Positions 27,294 to 36,932 of a stretch of 64,000 nucleotides of DNA are shown piece after piece. A program made the translations under genes and the position numbers. The DNA comes from an uncultured Gammaproteobacteria bacterium (GTDB taxonomy: Bacteria; Patescibacteriota; Microgenomatia; Levybacterales; GWA1-39-11). Each line of letters begins with the position of its first letter. Positions within the stretch are counted from its first letter, which is position 1. The notes under the pieces are model-generated. The model was not told the DNA's origin. It did no database searches and was given only the letters and a program-made list of their open reading frames with translations. The stretch is from NCBI GenBank assembly GCA_964531275.1, contig CAZHDZ010000002.1:122180-186179 (forward strand). The letters are read 5' to 3'.

Positions 27294-28253
27294 ATGTTCA
27301 TTAGCCTTATTTTTAGCGTGGTCATTTATGCAAATGTCGATCGTGAATTAGTAAGATTCGAGAAATTTCAGGAATTAAGCCGTGATAGAGCCGCTCAATA
27401 TTTTGGGTCATATCCAGGAGCGGAAATCCCCAACACTGTTGACGAGCAACTTATAAATGAAGCAAGAGGTAGACTTTTAAGTGACCTTGTAATTTTAAAT
27501 GTTTGTATTCTCATTGCTGCAGGTGTTGCGGGGTACTTTTTAGCTGGTAGAACACTTACCCCCATTAGAAAAATGATTGAGGATCAGTCTCGATTCTTTG
27601 GAGATGCATCTCACGAGCTCAAAACGCCAATCACCTCTCTCAAGTCTGAAATAGAAATTTATCTTCGACTAAAGAAAAAAAGCTTAAAAGATGCTGACGA
27701 GGTGTTGAAAAGTAACCTTGAAGAAGTTAACAGAATGCAAGACTTAACTAATAACTTACTAACGCTCGCAACGCTTGAAAAAGCAGGTCAAAAGCTAAAT
27801 TTTACCCAAGTATTTATTCGTGAAGTACTCTTGGAAGCTTCAAAAAATGTAAGCGCACAAGCAAAGAAGAAAAAGACCAGCATTACAATAAAGGGTCAAA
27901 ATATTTCTTTTTCAGGCAATCAAAATAGTCTCATTCAGTTATTTACTATTCTTTTTGACAATGCCATTAAATATAGTAAGGACTCAAGCAAGATTGTTGC
28001 AAGCGCCCAAAAGACGAACGGATTCGTGAGTATAAAGGTAGTAGATAATGGAATAGGAATTCCTGAGGATGAAATAGAGAATATATTTGACAGATTTTAT
28101 AGAGTTGATAAATCAAGAACGTCGGGTGACGCTGGAGGTTTTGGCCTTGGGCTTTCGATAGCAAAAGAAATTGTTCTACTTCACGGTGGCGAAATACAAG
28201 TTAAAAGTTCGTCTTCCGGCTCTACATTTACGATCGATATCCCCTCAGCATAG
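27243..28253 (+). CDS. Sensor histidine kinase (HisKA + HATPase)
   Basis: Two TM segments, DASHELKTP, DNAIKY, DNGIGI, FDRFYR and GGFGLGL. Confidence 0.96.
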   Translation: MFHNARLQLTAWYLLMIMFISLIFSVVIYANVDRELVRFEKFQELSRDRAAQYFGSYPGAEIPNTVDEQLINEARGRLLSDLVILNVCILIAAGVAGYFLAGRTLTPIRKMIEDQSRFFGDASHELKTPITSLKSEIEIYLRLKKKSLKDADEVLKSNLEEVNRMQDLTNNLLTLATLEKAGQKLNFTQVFIREVLLEASKNVSAQAKKKKTSITIKGQNISFSGNQNSLIQLFTILFDNAIKYSKDSSKIVASAQKTNGFVSIKVVDNGIGIPEDEIENIFDRFYRVDKSRTSGDAGGFGLGLSIAKEIVLLHGGEIQVKSSSSGSTFTIDIPSA

Positions 28254-28255
28254 GC

Positions 28256-28284
28256 TTGACAGTTACTACTGATTACAACATACT
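28256..28284 (+). promoter_or_regulatory. Sigma70 promoter, likely leaderless transcript
   Basis: TTGACA - 17 nt - CATACT - 6 nt - ATG (28291). Confidence 0.75.
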
Positions 28285-28290
28285 TAACTT

Positions 28291-29244
28291 ATGAGCTCAG
28301 ATGAGGTACATAAATATTTTGAAGTAGGGTTAAAAAGCGGAAAAAGCATTGCTGACATTAAAGCAGAGCTTATTTCTGCAGGAGTTGAGCCTACTTTGAT
28401 TGATACTGTAGCTGCAGAAGTAGAAAAGATTAGGGGAGAAATGCCGGAAGCCCCGAATCCAGCATCTCTTTCAAAAAGGATGTACCCCATAATTACTATC
28501 AATCGCATAAAGGATCCCAAAAGAAGCTATGCATTCCCTATATTTGGAGGCTTAACGAAGGGAATTATCCTAATTCCACAATTTGCCATGCTCTGGTTTG
28601 CTTCTCTATGTATGGGAGTGGGACTTCTTATTAACCCTTTTGTAGTGCTTTTTACGGGCAAATACTGGATGCCTGCCTATAATTGGGTTGTCCGATTCGT
28701 CAACATACAGGTAAAAATAAGTTTTTTCTTCAGTGGACTAACCAATAGATATCCTGGATTCAACTTCTCAATCCAAGACAGCTATATAGTAACTGTGCCC
28801 TATCCGACAGCTCCTAGCAAGCTATATGCTATACCTCTCTTTGGATTTGCGGTGAGAGCCATATTAACTCTTCCCTTTAATATTTACTCCTCAGTACTCA
28901 CGAGTGGTAGCTCTGTAATGGCTTCATTCTCTTCTTTCTCAGTTCTTTTCAAAGGATATTATCCGGAAAGTACATATGAGCTAGAAAGAGATTCATTAAG
29001 AGTTAATCTTGCTGGAACTCTGTACTTTGCGGGTATCAGTGACACTCTTCCCACCTATAAAATTTCAAAAAATCATTTAGGACTTAAGATGATATTTATA
29101 ATAATTGGCGCAATTTTAACAATTTTGAATATGTTAAGTAATTTCAGTGATCAAAATGATTCTCAAGGTAGAAATAGATATAAATCCTATCTAACACCCA
29201 CTCCAACATACGAAATTCCCTATAAAATAGAAAATACCAACTAA
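28291..29244 (+). CDS. DUF4389-like membrane protein
   Basis: Two repeats of R/K.YA.P.FG...IL.P...VLF.G.Y...GL/I.D.YP. Confidence 0.65.
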   Translation: MSSDEVHKYFEVGLKSGKSIADIKAELISAGVEPTLIDTVAAEVEKIRGEMPEAPNPASLSKRMYPIITINRIKDPKRSYAFPIFGGLTKGIILIPQFAMLWFASLCMGVGLLINPFVVLFTGKYWMPAYNWVVRFVNIQVKISFFFSGLTNRYPGFNFSIQDSYIVTVPYPTAPSKLYAIPLFGFAVRAILTLPFNIYSSVLTSGSSVMASFSSFSVLFKGYYPESTYELERDSLRVNLAGTLYFAGISDTLPTYKISKNHLGLKMIFIIIGAILTILNMLSNFSDQNDSQGRNRYKSYLTPTPTYEIPYKIENTN

Positions 29245-29429
29245 GTGTGGTATAATTACTCTAGGTTATTAAGCAGATAGTGTTTGACTCGTTCAAACCG
29301 AAGGCTCAACTTCTTTAAGATTTTCACCCTTCACCTTGCCCAACAATCTCATTTTTTTGAAAGCGCATTCTTGGGAATCGCATTAGTGCTAGATTTTTTA
29401 TTCCCGTTGTGCTTTCAAATTATCAAATT

Positions 29430-30707
29430 ATGAATAAAACATTTTACAAAAATAATAATGGTACTTCTGGCTCAGGTGGAAGAAGAAGCTTTGCTGGTCG
29501 TGGCAGCTACACCCAGTCGGGAAGCTACAACCAAAAAGGTGGTAGTCTTTCCAGAAATCCTCATGCATTTAGAAGCACACCACAAATGCGTGGTGGAAGA
29601 AAAATGTCCACATTTAATCCTTCAATGCTCGTAAATGAAGTAAAGGAATACACTCCTGTAGAGCAGTTTGTCCCAATACATAAATTCACAGACTTTAATT
29701 TAGATGAAAGATTAATGGCAAATATTGTTTCAAAAGGCTACGAACTTCCTACCCCTGTTCAAGATGAAGGTATTATTCCCATGCTTGAAGGCAAGGATAT
29801 TATCGGAATTGCCAATACAGGTACGGGAAAAACTGCTGCCTTTTTGATACCACTCATAAATAAAGTTCTTCAAGACCGTAACAAAAAGGTAATTATATTA
29901 GCTCCAACCCGCGAATTAGCTGTTCAGATTAGGGACGAATTTGAAGATTTTACGCGCGGTATGCATATCTACTCAGTGCTTTTAATAGGAGGGGTTAATG
30001 CTTATAGACAGAAAATGGGCTTGAGAAATGAATTTAATTTTGTGATAGGAACCCCTGGACGTGTGAAAGACATGATAATGGATCGAAAATTAAATCTTGC
30101 ACTCTTTGATAGTGTGGTTCTTGATGAGGCAGACCACATGGTAGACATTGGATTTATTCATGACGTTAAATACTTTATTTCGCTTCTTCCAAGAAAAAGA
30201 CAGTCTCTTTTCTTTTCGGCAACAATTGATGGAAAAGTTAAGGAAATCCTTAATGATTTCGTGACCAATCCAGTAACAATTTCTGTCAAAACTCACGATA
30301 CTGCTGATAATGTAGAGCAAGAAGTTATCAAGACTGAAAGCCAGAACAGAAAAATTGAGCAGCTCCATGACTTACTTATCAAGAAAAATTACGAAAAAGT
30401 TATAATTTTCGGTCGCACAAAATGGGGAGTACAAAAGGTCTCTGACGAATTAAATAGACGAGGGTTCAAAACAGGAGCGATCCATGGCAATAAGAACCAA
30501 AATCAAAGACAAAGAACCCTCACTCAATTTAAAAGGAACGAACTAACTATTCTTCTAGCAACTGACGTTGCCGCAAGAGGACTTGATATTGATGATGTGT
30601 CACACGTTATAAATTACGATATGCCGGCAACTTATGAAGATTATATTCATAGAATTGGTCGTACTGGACGTGCAAATAAGCGTGGGACTGCCTTAACTTT
30701 CGTCTAG
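29430..30707 (+). CDS. DEAD-box RNA helicase (RhlE-like)
   Basis: TGTGKT, PTRELA, TPGR, DEAD, SAT, ARGLD and HRIGRTGRA, with an RG-rich N-terminus. Confidence 0.96.
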   Translation: MNKTFYKNNNGTSGSGGRRSFAGRGSYTQSGSYNQKGGSLSRNPHAFRSTPQMRGGRKMSTFNPSMLVNEVKEYTPVEQFVPIHKFTDFNLDERLMANIVSKGYELPTPVQDEGIIPMLEGKDIIGIANTGTGKTAAFLIPLINKVLQDRNKKVIILAPTRELAVQIRDEFEDFTRGMHIYSVLLIGGVNAYRQKMGLRNEFNFVIGTPGRVKDMIMDRKLNLALFDSVVLDEADHMVDIGFIHDVKYFISLLPRKRQSLFFSATIDGKVKEILNDFVTNPVTISVKTHDTADNVEQEVIKTESQNRKIEQLHDLLIKKNYEKVIIFGRTKWGVQKVSDELNRRGFKTGAIHGNKNQNQRQRTLTQFKRNELTILLATDVAARGLDIDDVSHVINYDMPATYEDYIHRIGRTGRANKRGTALTFV

Positions 30708-30947
30708 CGCTATTAGCTTCTCTTTTTCTTTCTTTGGTAACTTTTTAATTGCAATTTCCCTTTTTAATGCTTTGCTGAGATTTTCTGCCTCCTCTTTATA
30801 AACTAACTCGACAGGTCGTCTTCCCGTTGTGTATTTTGCACCACCCTTTTCTATTCCATTGTGCTCTTTCAATCTCCTTTCCAAGTCGCGCGCTATCCCG
30901 CAATAGTATGAGTTATCTCGACATTTTAATAGGTATACAAAATACAT
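30693..30947 (-). CDS. GIY-YIG nuclease family protein (YhbQ/YazA-like)
   Basis: FVYLLKCRDNSYYCG...RRLKEHN...GAKYT.GRRPVELVY...A.KRE..IK. Confidence 0.92.
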   Translation of the reverse strand: MYFVYLLKCRDNSYYCGIARDLERRLKEHNGIEKGGAKYTTGRRPVELVYKEEAENLSKALKREIAIKKLPKKEKEKLIALDES

Positions 30948-31005
30948 GTACTAGGAGTAACTATACTGGATTTTAGGTGCAAAATGTGATACAATAAGTA
31001 CCTTC

Positions 31006-31278
31006 ATGCAAGTAAAAGTTGTTAATCCATGTACCCGTTGCGGAAAAGAACGCATAGAGGGAAAAAAGTATTCTGAAGAGATTGCTACATTTTTTGGCAC
31101 CTCCACAATAATTCATGTGGATACTGTTTGTCCTGATCCAGAATGTCAGAAAATCGTTGAGGAAAAATTGGATGCTCAGAAGGCTAAGTCTGATGAACTA
31201 AAGGCTGAAAAGCAAAAAAAGCTTGATGTAGCAACCGCAGCAAGAAAAGCAAAAGCTGCTGCTGCAATCAAAAATTAA
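31006..31278 (+). CDS. Hypothetical zinc-ribbon/coiled-coil protein
   Basis: CTRCGK and CPDPEC followed by a Lys/Ala-rich helix. Confidence 0.8.
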   Translation: MQVKVVNPCTRCGKERIEGKKYSEEIATFFGTSTIIHVDTVCPDPECQKIVEEKLDAQKAKSDELKAEKQKKLDVATAARKAKAAAAIKN

Positions 31279-31284
31279 GTTTTA

Positions 31285-31461
31285 CTACTTCGAGAGACTA
31301 CGATTGATATTTTCATAGGGATAATAGCTATATGGTAATTCTGCTGTTCTGGTTAGAAGCATGTAGTATGAATGCAAAAAAACTACGAACAAAAGCAGGG
31401 CAAAAGGTATGAGGAGGAGATAATGATACTGGCCTTCGGGTAGCTTTCTTTTTCTTGGCAT
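31285..31461 (-). CDS. Small single-TM hypothetical protein
   Basis: Basic N-terminus plus one TM segment; TATAAT lies 6 nt upstream of the ATG at 31461. Confidence 0.55.
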   Translation of the reverse strand: MPRKRKLPEGQYHYLLLIPFALLLFVVFLHSYYMLLTRTAELPYSYYPYENINRSLSK

Positions 31462-31639
31462 TTGATGATTATACATAATCCACTTTACTGTATGCTAGCT
31501 GTTTTGTAAGAAGAAGTTTTTTAATTCATGCTAAAAATCCTTGCTCCTCTTCCCGATAGATCTAAGCTTGCCATGCATGTAGAGCTTGTTTATATCCCAT
31601 AAAAGTCAGGGAAATGCTAGACTTTATAAAGTACTAAAA

Positions 31640-31897
31640 ATGAAACGTAAAGTAAAAGTGTGGTTCAAGGCAAAAGAATATGGTTGGGGATGGTATCCGG
31701 CATCTTGGCAAGGATGGCTAGTCCTAGCTTCTTATGTCGTTATAAATTTCCTTACATTTCTTGAAGTTGACAGAATTTCAGACACTGCACAAGATTCCCT
31801 TATTAACTTTTTTCTTCCTTTTATATTCTTTCTTTCAGTCCTACTTGTCATTTGCTACATGACAGGAGAAAGACCTCGTTGGCGATGGGGAAAGTAA
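31640..31897 (+). CDS. Small 2-TM hypothetical protein
   Basis: WFKAKEYGWGWYPASWQGW...GERPRWRWG pattern. Confidence 0.75.
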   Translation: MKRKVKVWFKAKEYGWGWYPASWQGWLVLASYVVINFLTFLEVDRISDTAQDSLINFFLPFIFFLSVLLVICYMTGERPRWRWGK

Positions 31898-32149
31898 ATC
31901 ATCGTGAAAATCCTAAAATTTTTTGTGAAACAAAAATTTGTAGACTTTGATGAGAATTGTTATAGAAGATATCTATTGTAAGAAAAATTTTCACGTAGTC
32001 TAATGATCATGGTTCTCGGCAGGACTCTACAAATTGCCCCTCTGTAAAGTCCACTTGATAATTCTTAGTCTTTAATCTTTCTGCCCGCGAAAGACAACTT
32101 TTGGCAGAGTTGTTCATTGTGGTCAGTTTTTTGAAAGGAGGTGACTATA

Positions 32150-32686
32150 ATGAATATAAATAGAAAAATAATGATGAGCGGGCTTTCAATAGTCTCAGCT
32201 CTCACTCTTCTCGGAGGCACAGCATTCGCTGCTTTTACAGTTCAAGCACAGACAACAAACAATACTTTCTCAACAACAACTCCAGGTCTTTTGGTTTCTG
32301 TTAATGGAGGAAGCGAGGGTACTTCTGTTGCTGGTGTAAACGTCTCAGGACTTATTCCTGGAATAGTAAGCCCAACCCAAAGTTTTACAGTGCGCAACAC
32401 TGATACTGATGCAGGAGCAAACACTGCAACGACTATGCAGCTAACTCCAACTGGAGCAAATACTCTTTCAGGTGATGATTTGTCAATAACTGTTAATTGT
32501 GGAGGAGGCGATATAACAGGTACCTATACGGCTTGGATTACAACTCCTCAGTCAATAGGAACAATCGCTCCTGGAGCAACTGCTAACTGTACGATGACTG
32601 CAACTTTAAGCAGCTCTGCACCGAATTCTGCAGCTGGCAAAAGTGCTGTATTTGACGCTACCTTCACAGGTACCGTTGGTCTTTAG
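32150..32686 (+). CDS. SipW-dependent-type signal peptide protein (TasA/CalY-like)
   Basis: KIMMSGLSIVSALTLLGGTAFAAFT...NNTFST signal, GLIPG...FTVRNT, and a strong SD AAGGAGGTGA. Confidence 0.8.
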   Translation: MNINRKIMMSGLSIVSALTLLGGTAFAAFTVQAQTTNNTFSTTTPGLLVSVNGGSEGTSVAGVNVSGLIPGIVSPTQSFTVRNTDTDAGANTATTMQLTPTGANTLSGDDLSITVNCGGGDITGTYTAWITTPQSIGTIAPGATANCTMTATLSSSAPNSAAGKSAVFDATFTGTVGL

Positions 32687-32697
32687 TTCTTTTTCGC

Positions 32698-32728
32698 CGG
32701 TGGTGGGCGACTGCCTGACTCACCACCG
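32698..32728 (+). other. GC-rich intergenic hairpin between the tasA-like gene and sipW
   Basis: CGGTGGTGGG / CTCACCACCG form a 10-bp stem with no downstream U-tract. Confidence 0.65.
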
Positions 32729-32750
32729 ACACCGGTAGCAATTAATTAAT

Positions 32751-33320
32751 ATGAAACAAACAACTCAAAAGCTTCTCCACTCTCCTGCAGCACAGCTATT
32801 TTCTGCAGTTATGAACGCTCTTTTGATAGTCTTTATCTTCGGAATGGTACCGGTTGTGCTTTTCATATTTATTACTTCTAGAAGCCCTATGCTTTGGGGA
32901 ATTAAGTCATACGTTGTGCAGACAGGGAGCATGGAGCCAGCACTAGAGGTTGGTAGCATGGTTTTCACTTATCCGCAAAAGAGTTATGAAGTTGGTGATG
33001 TTATAACTTTTAACAGAGGGAAAATTATTATTACTCACAGAGTTCACAATATAACTTCAGCAGGATTTGTCACAAAGGGAGATGCCAACAGTTCTGTCGA
33101 TGCGCAGATTGTGAGCAAGGGCAATATTATAGGGAAAGATGTCGTTGTTGTGCCTCTAATAGGTCGCTTAACAGGATTTATTAAGACTCCATTTGGATTC
33201 GGACTACTGCTTGGTATCCCTACTCTACTATTTGTTATATACGAGGCTTTTCAAATTAAAAAGGAATGGGAAAAATCAATTGAGCAAAAAATTATGAAGA
33301 AATTGAATTATGAGGTTTAA
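32751..33320 (+). CDS. sipW: Signal peptidase I, SipW/S26B type
   Basis: VQTGSMEP, GDVITF, ITHRV and TKGDAN...D (Ser-His type). Confidence 0.9.
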   Translation: MKQTTQKLLHSPAAQLFSAVMNALLIVFIFGMVPVVLFIFITSRSPMLWGIKSYVVQTGSMEPALEVGSMVFTYPQKSYEVGDVITFNRGKIIITHRVHNITSAGFVTKGDANSSVDAQIVSKGNIIGKDVVVVPLIGRLTGFIKTPFGFGLLLGIPTLLFVIYEAFQIKKEWEKSIEQKIMKKLNYEV

Positions 33321-33786
33321 AAAGTATTATTTATTCGCGCCTATTGCGGGCACTCTAGTATTAATTCTTGTCTCCTCTACTCTAGCTATATTTACCACAC
33401 AAGCAAAGGCTTCCAATAATACTTTTTCAACTGCTTTAGTATTTGGTAGTCCTACCCCAACTATTACTCCCACTATCACAATCACGCCATCAGTGACTCC
33501 AACTACTACACCAACCCCAACTACAACGATAACTCCAACACCGACGTCTACTCATGATGACTGCGACACCAATGTAGTTGTAATAGGAGGGGGAGCTGGC
33601 TCTAATACAGAAGCTATAGTGGAATGCGAGACCTCAACAACAGTAAATCAAAGCAATAATACCACCAGCAACACCACAGTTAACCAAACGTCCTCTACAG
33701 GCAATAATTCTTCTTCTCACAACGTAACGACTGGTAATTCAAGCAACACTACGACTACAACCACAATAACCTCTACAAACAATTAA
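33310..33786 (+). CDS. Second SipW-type substrate, Thr/Pro- and Ser/Thr/Asn-rich
   Basis: STLAIFTTQAKASNNTFST signal, a PTPTITPT repeat and a low-complexity tail. Confidence 0.75.
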   Translation: MRFKKYYLFAPIAGTLVLILVSSTLAIFTTQAKASNNTFSTALVFGSPTPTITPTITITPSVTPTTTPTPTTTITPTPTSTHDDCDTNVVVIGGGAGSNTEAIVECETSTTVNQSNNTTSNTTVNQTSSTGNNSSSHNVTTGNSSNTTTTTTITSTNN

Positions 33787-33868
33787 GTATTACCTATAAC
33801 TTTTACAGTTATTACATCGCCCTTACTTTTCCTGCGTAACATTGAGTAGTAACAAGTTAAATTTACTT

Positions 33869-33912
33869 AATTTTTATTTAACTTTATTTTAATTTTTATT
33901 TAACTTAGTTTT
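33869..33912. repeat. Four 11-bp AT-rich direct repeats upstream of the GT2 operon
   Basis: AATTTTTATTT / AACTTTATTTT / AATTTTTATTT / AACTTAGTTTT. Confidence 0.55.
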
Positions 33913-34016
33913 ATACTATACTGTAAGTAGATAGTATCCACGCTGCTTTTGTTAAAAGAAATTATCTGAATTTTGAGCCCCAGTATAGAATACTGGCGAA
34001 ATCATAAATATACATA

Positions 34017-35504
34017 ATGAGTTCAATCGAATTAAAGAAAAATTCAAATCGTTTAGAGAAAAATAAAAGTTTTGTGTATAAGGGAGTGAGCTACATGCAT
34101 TATGCTGATATAGCTTTCCATCAAAGTGCATACTATCTCTTTACAAGAAAGCAAAAGATTCTCATTGTTGCTCTTCTACTAACCATAGCGGGTGCATTTC
34201 TTTTCAACTGGCATGCAACATTAATTTTCGCAGTTATATTTGTCACAGCGATATACTTCATTGATTTTTTCTTTAACTTTTTTCTCATCTTTAGAAGTTT
34301 TACAAATAAGCAAGAGCTTTCATTTACGAAAGACGAAGTACTTGCCTATAACAAAAGTTGGCCTACTTACACAATCCTTTGCCCTTTATACAAAGAATGG
34401 GCAGTAATTCCACAATTTGTTAAGGCAATGAAAAATCTTGATTATCCCAAAGAAAAGTTACAAATACTTTTCTTGCTCGAAGAGGATGATGTGCAATCGC
34501 AACAAGTTGTTAAGGAGTTTAATCTTCCTTCATTTTTCGAAACCGTGATTGTTCCACACTCTCTCCCAAAAACAAAACCAAAGGCAATGAATTTTGCATT
34601 GTCTAAAATTAAAGGAGAGTATTGTGTAATTTACGACGCAGAAGATGTGCCAGATACTTTGCAATTAAAGAAAGCGATTCTAGGATTTGATTTATCTGGT
34701 GAAAAAGTAGCATGCATACAAGCAAAACTAAATTTTTATAATCCGAGTCAAAATCTTTTAACAAAGGCTTTCACTGCTGAATATTCATTATGGTTTGAGC
34801 TTATTCTTCCGGGGCTACAGACGCTTAATGCTCCTATACCTCTTGGTGGTACGTCTAATCATTTTCGAACTGAAGGTATTAAGATGCTTGGTGGGTGGGA
34901 TCCATTTAACGTTACAGAAGACGCTGATCTGGGCATTAGACTTTTTAAAAAGGGTTACAAAACTGCAATTCTAGATTCAGTTACTCTTGAAGAGGCAAAT
35001 AGTGATTTTCTTAACTGGTATAACCAAAGAACTCGGTGGATAAAAGGATATATACAGACATACGTTGTTCACATGCGTCATCCCACTACATTTGATAAAA
35101 AGTTTTTGAATTCACATGTATTCTTGTTTCAGTTGATTATAGGGTCCAAAGTTTTCTCTCTTTTAGTAAACCCGTTCATGTGGATGTTAACTCTTGCTTA
35201 TTTTGTGTTCCAATTTCAGTTTGGTGCTTTTGTTGAATCGCTCTACCCGCCAATAGTTTTGTACTTTGCAGTAGCTACCTTAATATTTGGTAATTTTTTG
35301 CAGATTGTATATTACATGATCGGTTGCTACAGAAAAAAAGAATTTGCACTTTGCAAATATGCATTAATAATCCCACTCTATTGGATTGGAATGAGCGTTG
35401 CAGCATGGAAAGCATTATATGAAACGTTCTATAAGCCTTATTACTGGTCAAAAACAAAACATGGTTTACATCTACAAAAGCCTGTAGTTTCTACAAATAG
35501 TTAA
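34017..35504 (+). CDS. Processive GT2 (cellulose-synthase-like) membrane glycosyltransferase, copy 1
   Basis: YTILCPLYKE, TKPKA, YDAED, TEDADLG, QRTRW and WSKTKHG. Confidence 0.9.
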   Translation: MSSIELKKNSNRLEKNKSFVYKGVSYMHYADIAFHQSAYYLFTRKQKILIVALLLTIAGAFLFNWHATLIFAVIFVTAIYFIDFFFNFFLIFRSFTNKQELSFTKDEVLAYNKSWPTYTILCPLYKEWAVIPQFVKAMKNLDYPKEKLQILFLLEEDDVQSQQVVKEFNLPSFFETVIVPHSLPKTKPKAMNFALSKIKGEYCVIYDAEDVPDTLQLKKAILGFDLSGEKVACIQAKLNFYNPSQNLLTKAFTAEYSLWFELILPGLQTLNAPIPLGGTSNHFRTEGIKMLGGWDPFNVTEDADLGIRLFKKGYKTAILDSVTLEEANSDFLNWYNQRTRWIKGYIQTYVVHMRHPTTFDKKFLNSHVFLFQLIIGSKVFSLLVNPFMWMLTLAYFVFQFQFGAFVESLYPPIVLYFAVATLIFGNFLQIVYYMIGCYRKKEFALCKYALIIPLYWIGMSVAAWKALYETFYKPYYWSKTKHGLHLQKPVVSTNS

Positions 35505-36932
35505 ATGGGATTCATAAAGAAAAACTTACTTGATATTTTATGTTGGCTGCTTTTAGTGGCCGGGGTTTTTGCTGTTTATGTAGTAGCTATTGAAAAAAAC
35601 TTTACATCATCCGTAGAAAGAGGAAGATACGCCCTAACAAGAGCAATTGTTGAAGATAAGTCTTTTAAAATAGATAGCTATAAAGAGTTTTCGTACCCTG
35701 ACGTTAGTTTTAAAAATGGCCATTACTATAGTCGATTTCCTGCAGGCATGTCTTTCCTGATGGCACCTGCACACATGATAGCTTTAAGGATATCTCCACA
35801 AAATCCACAAATTGTTGGTTTTGAATTCGTATCACTACTCTCTGCACTTTCAGTAGGATTTTTATATATCTTAGGACGAATTAATAAATTCAGCATTTCA
35901 ACTTCATTGCTTGGAGGCTACGTATTTGCGTTTGCGACTATTCTATTTTCATTTTCTGGGGGTTACTGGGCACATATTCCTTCAATTTTTGTTGTCTCAT
36001 CTGTTCTTGTTATCTTTTCTCTTTTCCTAAAAAGTCCAAAGTACCGGCATATATTTCTAATTGCGTTACTCTATTCCATTGGATTCAGCATAGATTTTCC
36101 GAATGCACTTTTCCTTTTCCCGATTATTTTGTTTATTCTTATTGCAGGTTACAAGAAGGGGAAACTTACTTTTCTGAAATATTTTGGTCTCATTATTACT
36201 CCTATTATTCTTATTATTTCGCTAATTCTCTTGTATAACACCTTAAGCTTCGGTAAACCCCTAGCAATTGGACAGTCTGCTTCAGTATCAGTTGGGACGA
36301 GATTTAAAACAAGCTTTATTCCATTAAAAGACTGGACTTCAGAAGGAGTATTTGATGACAGAAGGCTTTTTCCAGGCCTATACACTCAATTAATTAGTTC
36401 TCAACGAGGTCTTCTCATGTTTTCCCCTATCGTTTTCTTGGCTTGCATTGGCTTTATAAGTCTTTTTAAGAAAGACAAAATTTTCAGCACGGTAACTGCG
36501 AGCATTTTCTTGATTAATGTTATTTTTTATTCTGTATGGCAAGACTATTGGGGTGGCTGGAGTTATGGACCAAGATATCTGCTGGCAGTTCTTCCCATAT
36601 TTCTTTTGCCGACTCTTTTCTTTATTAAAGAAAAGCTGAAGAATATTTTGTTTCTAGTTTTATTTATTTTAGCCTCATTCTGGGGAATTTTAATTAACAC
36701 ATTGGGTGCTCTTACGGGCATACTTTTACCGTGCCCCTGCGAAGGATATTATGGACTTAAATATTCTCCACTCCAAGCTTTTAATCACCTTTATACCGCA
36801 AGCGATATTAACTCATTTTTTTACGATTCCTTCCTCCGTTCATTATTATCCCCACAATATATGTTCTTGCTTCTATTTTCTGTAATCATGTTGTTTTTTA
36901 TAGTTCTTGTATTAGTACATGAGAAAAAATAG
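35505..36932 (+). CDS. GT-C-like polytopic membrane protein (paralogue of 53999-55540)
   Basis: ERGRYAL, YYSRFPAG, RGLLMFSP and WGGWSYGPRYL. Confidence 0.7.
   Translation: MGFIKKNLLDILCWLLLVAGVFAVYVVAIEKNFTSSVERGRYALTRAIVEDKSFKIDSYKEFSYPDVSFKNGHYYSRFPAGMSFLMAPAHMIALRISPQNPQIVGFEFVSLLSALSVGFLYILGRINKFSISTSLLGGYVFAFATILFSFSGGYWAHIPSIFVVSSVLVIFSLFLKSPKYRHIFLIALLYSIGFSIDFPNALFLFPIILFILIAGYKKGKLTFLKYFGLIITPIILIISLILLYNTLSFGKPLAIGQSASVSVGTRFKTSFIPLKDWTSEGVFDDRRLFPGLYTQLISSQRGLLMFSPIVFLACIGFISLFKKDKIFSTVTASIFLINVIFYSVWQDYWGGWSYGPRYLLAVLPIFLLPTLFFIKEKLKNILFLVLFILASFWGILINTLGALTGILLPCPCEGYYGLKYSPLQAFNHLYTASDINSFFYDSFLRSLLSPQYMFLLLFSVIMLFFIVLVLVHEKK

Noticed and set aside
30693-30947. GIY-YIG gene as the mobile agent of the start duplications
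   Set aside because: It looks like the common stand-alone YhbQ/YazA type, and I see no duplicated starts or repeats flanking it; the link is unsupported.
32698-32728. Intrinsic terminator
   Set aside because: No U-tract follows the stem on either strand, so it is kept only as a hairpin.
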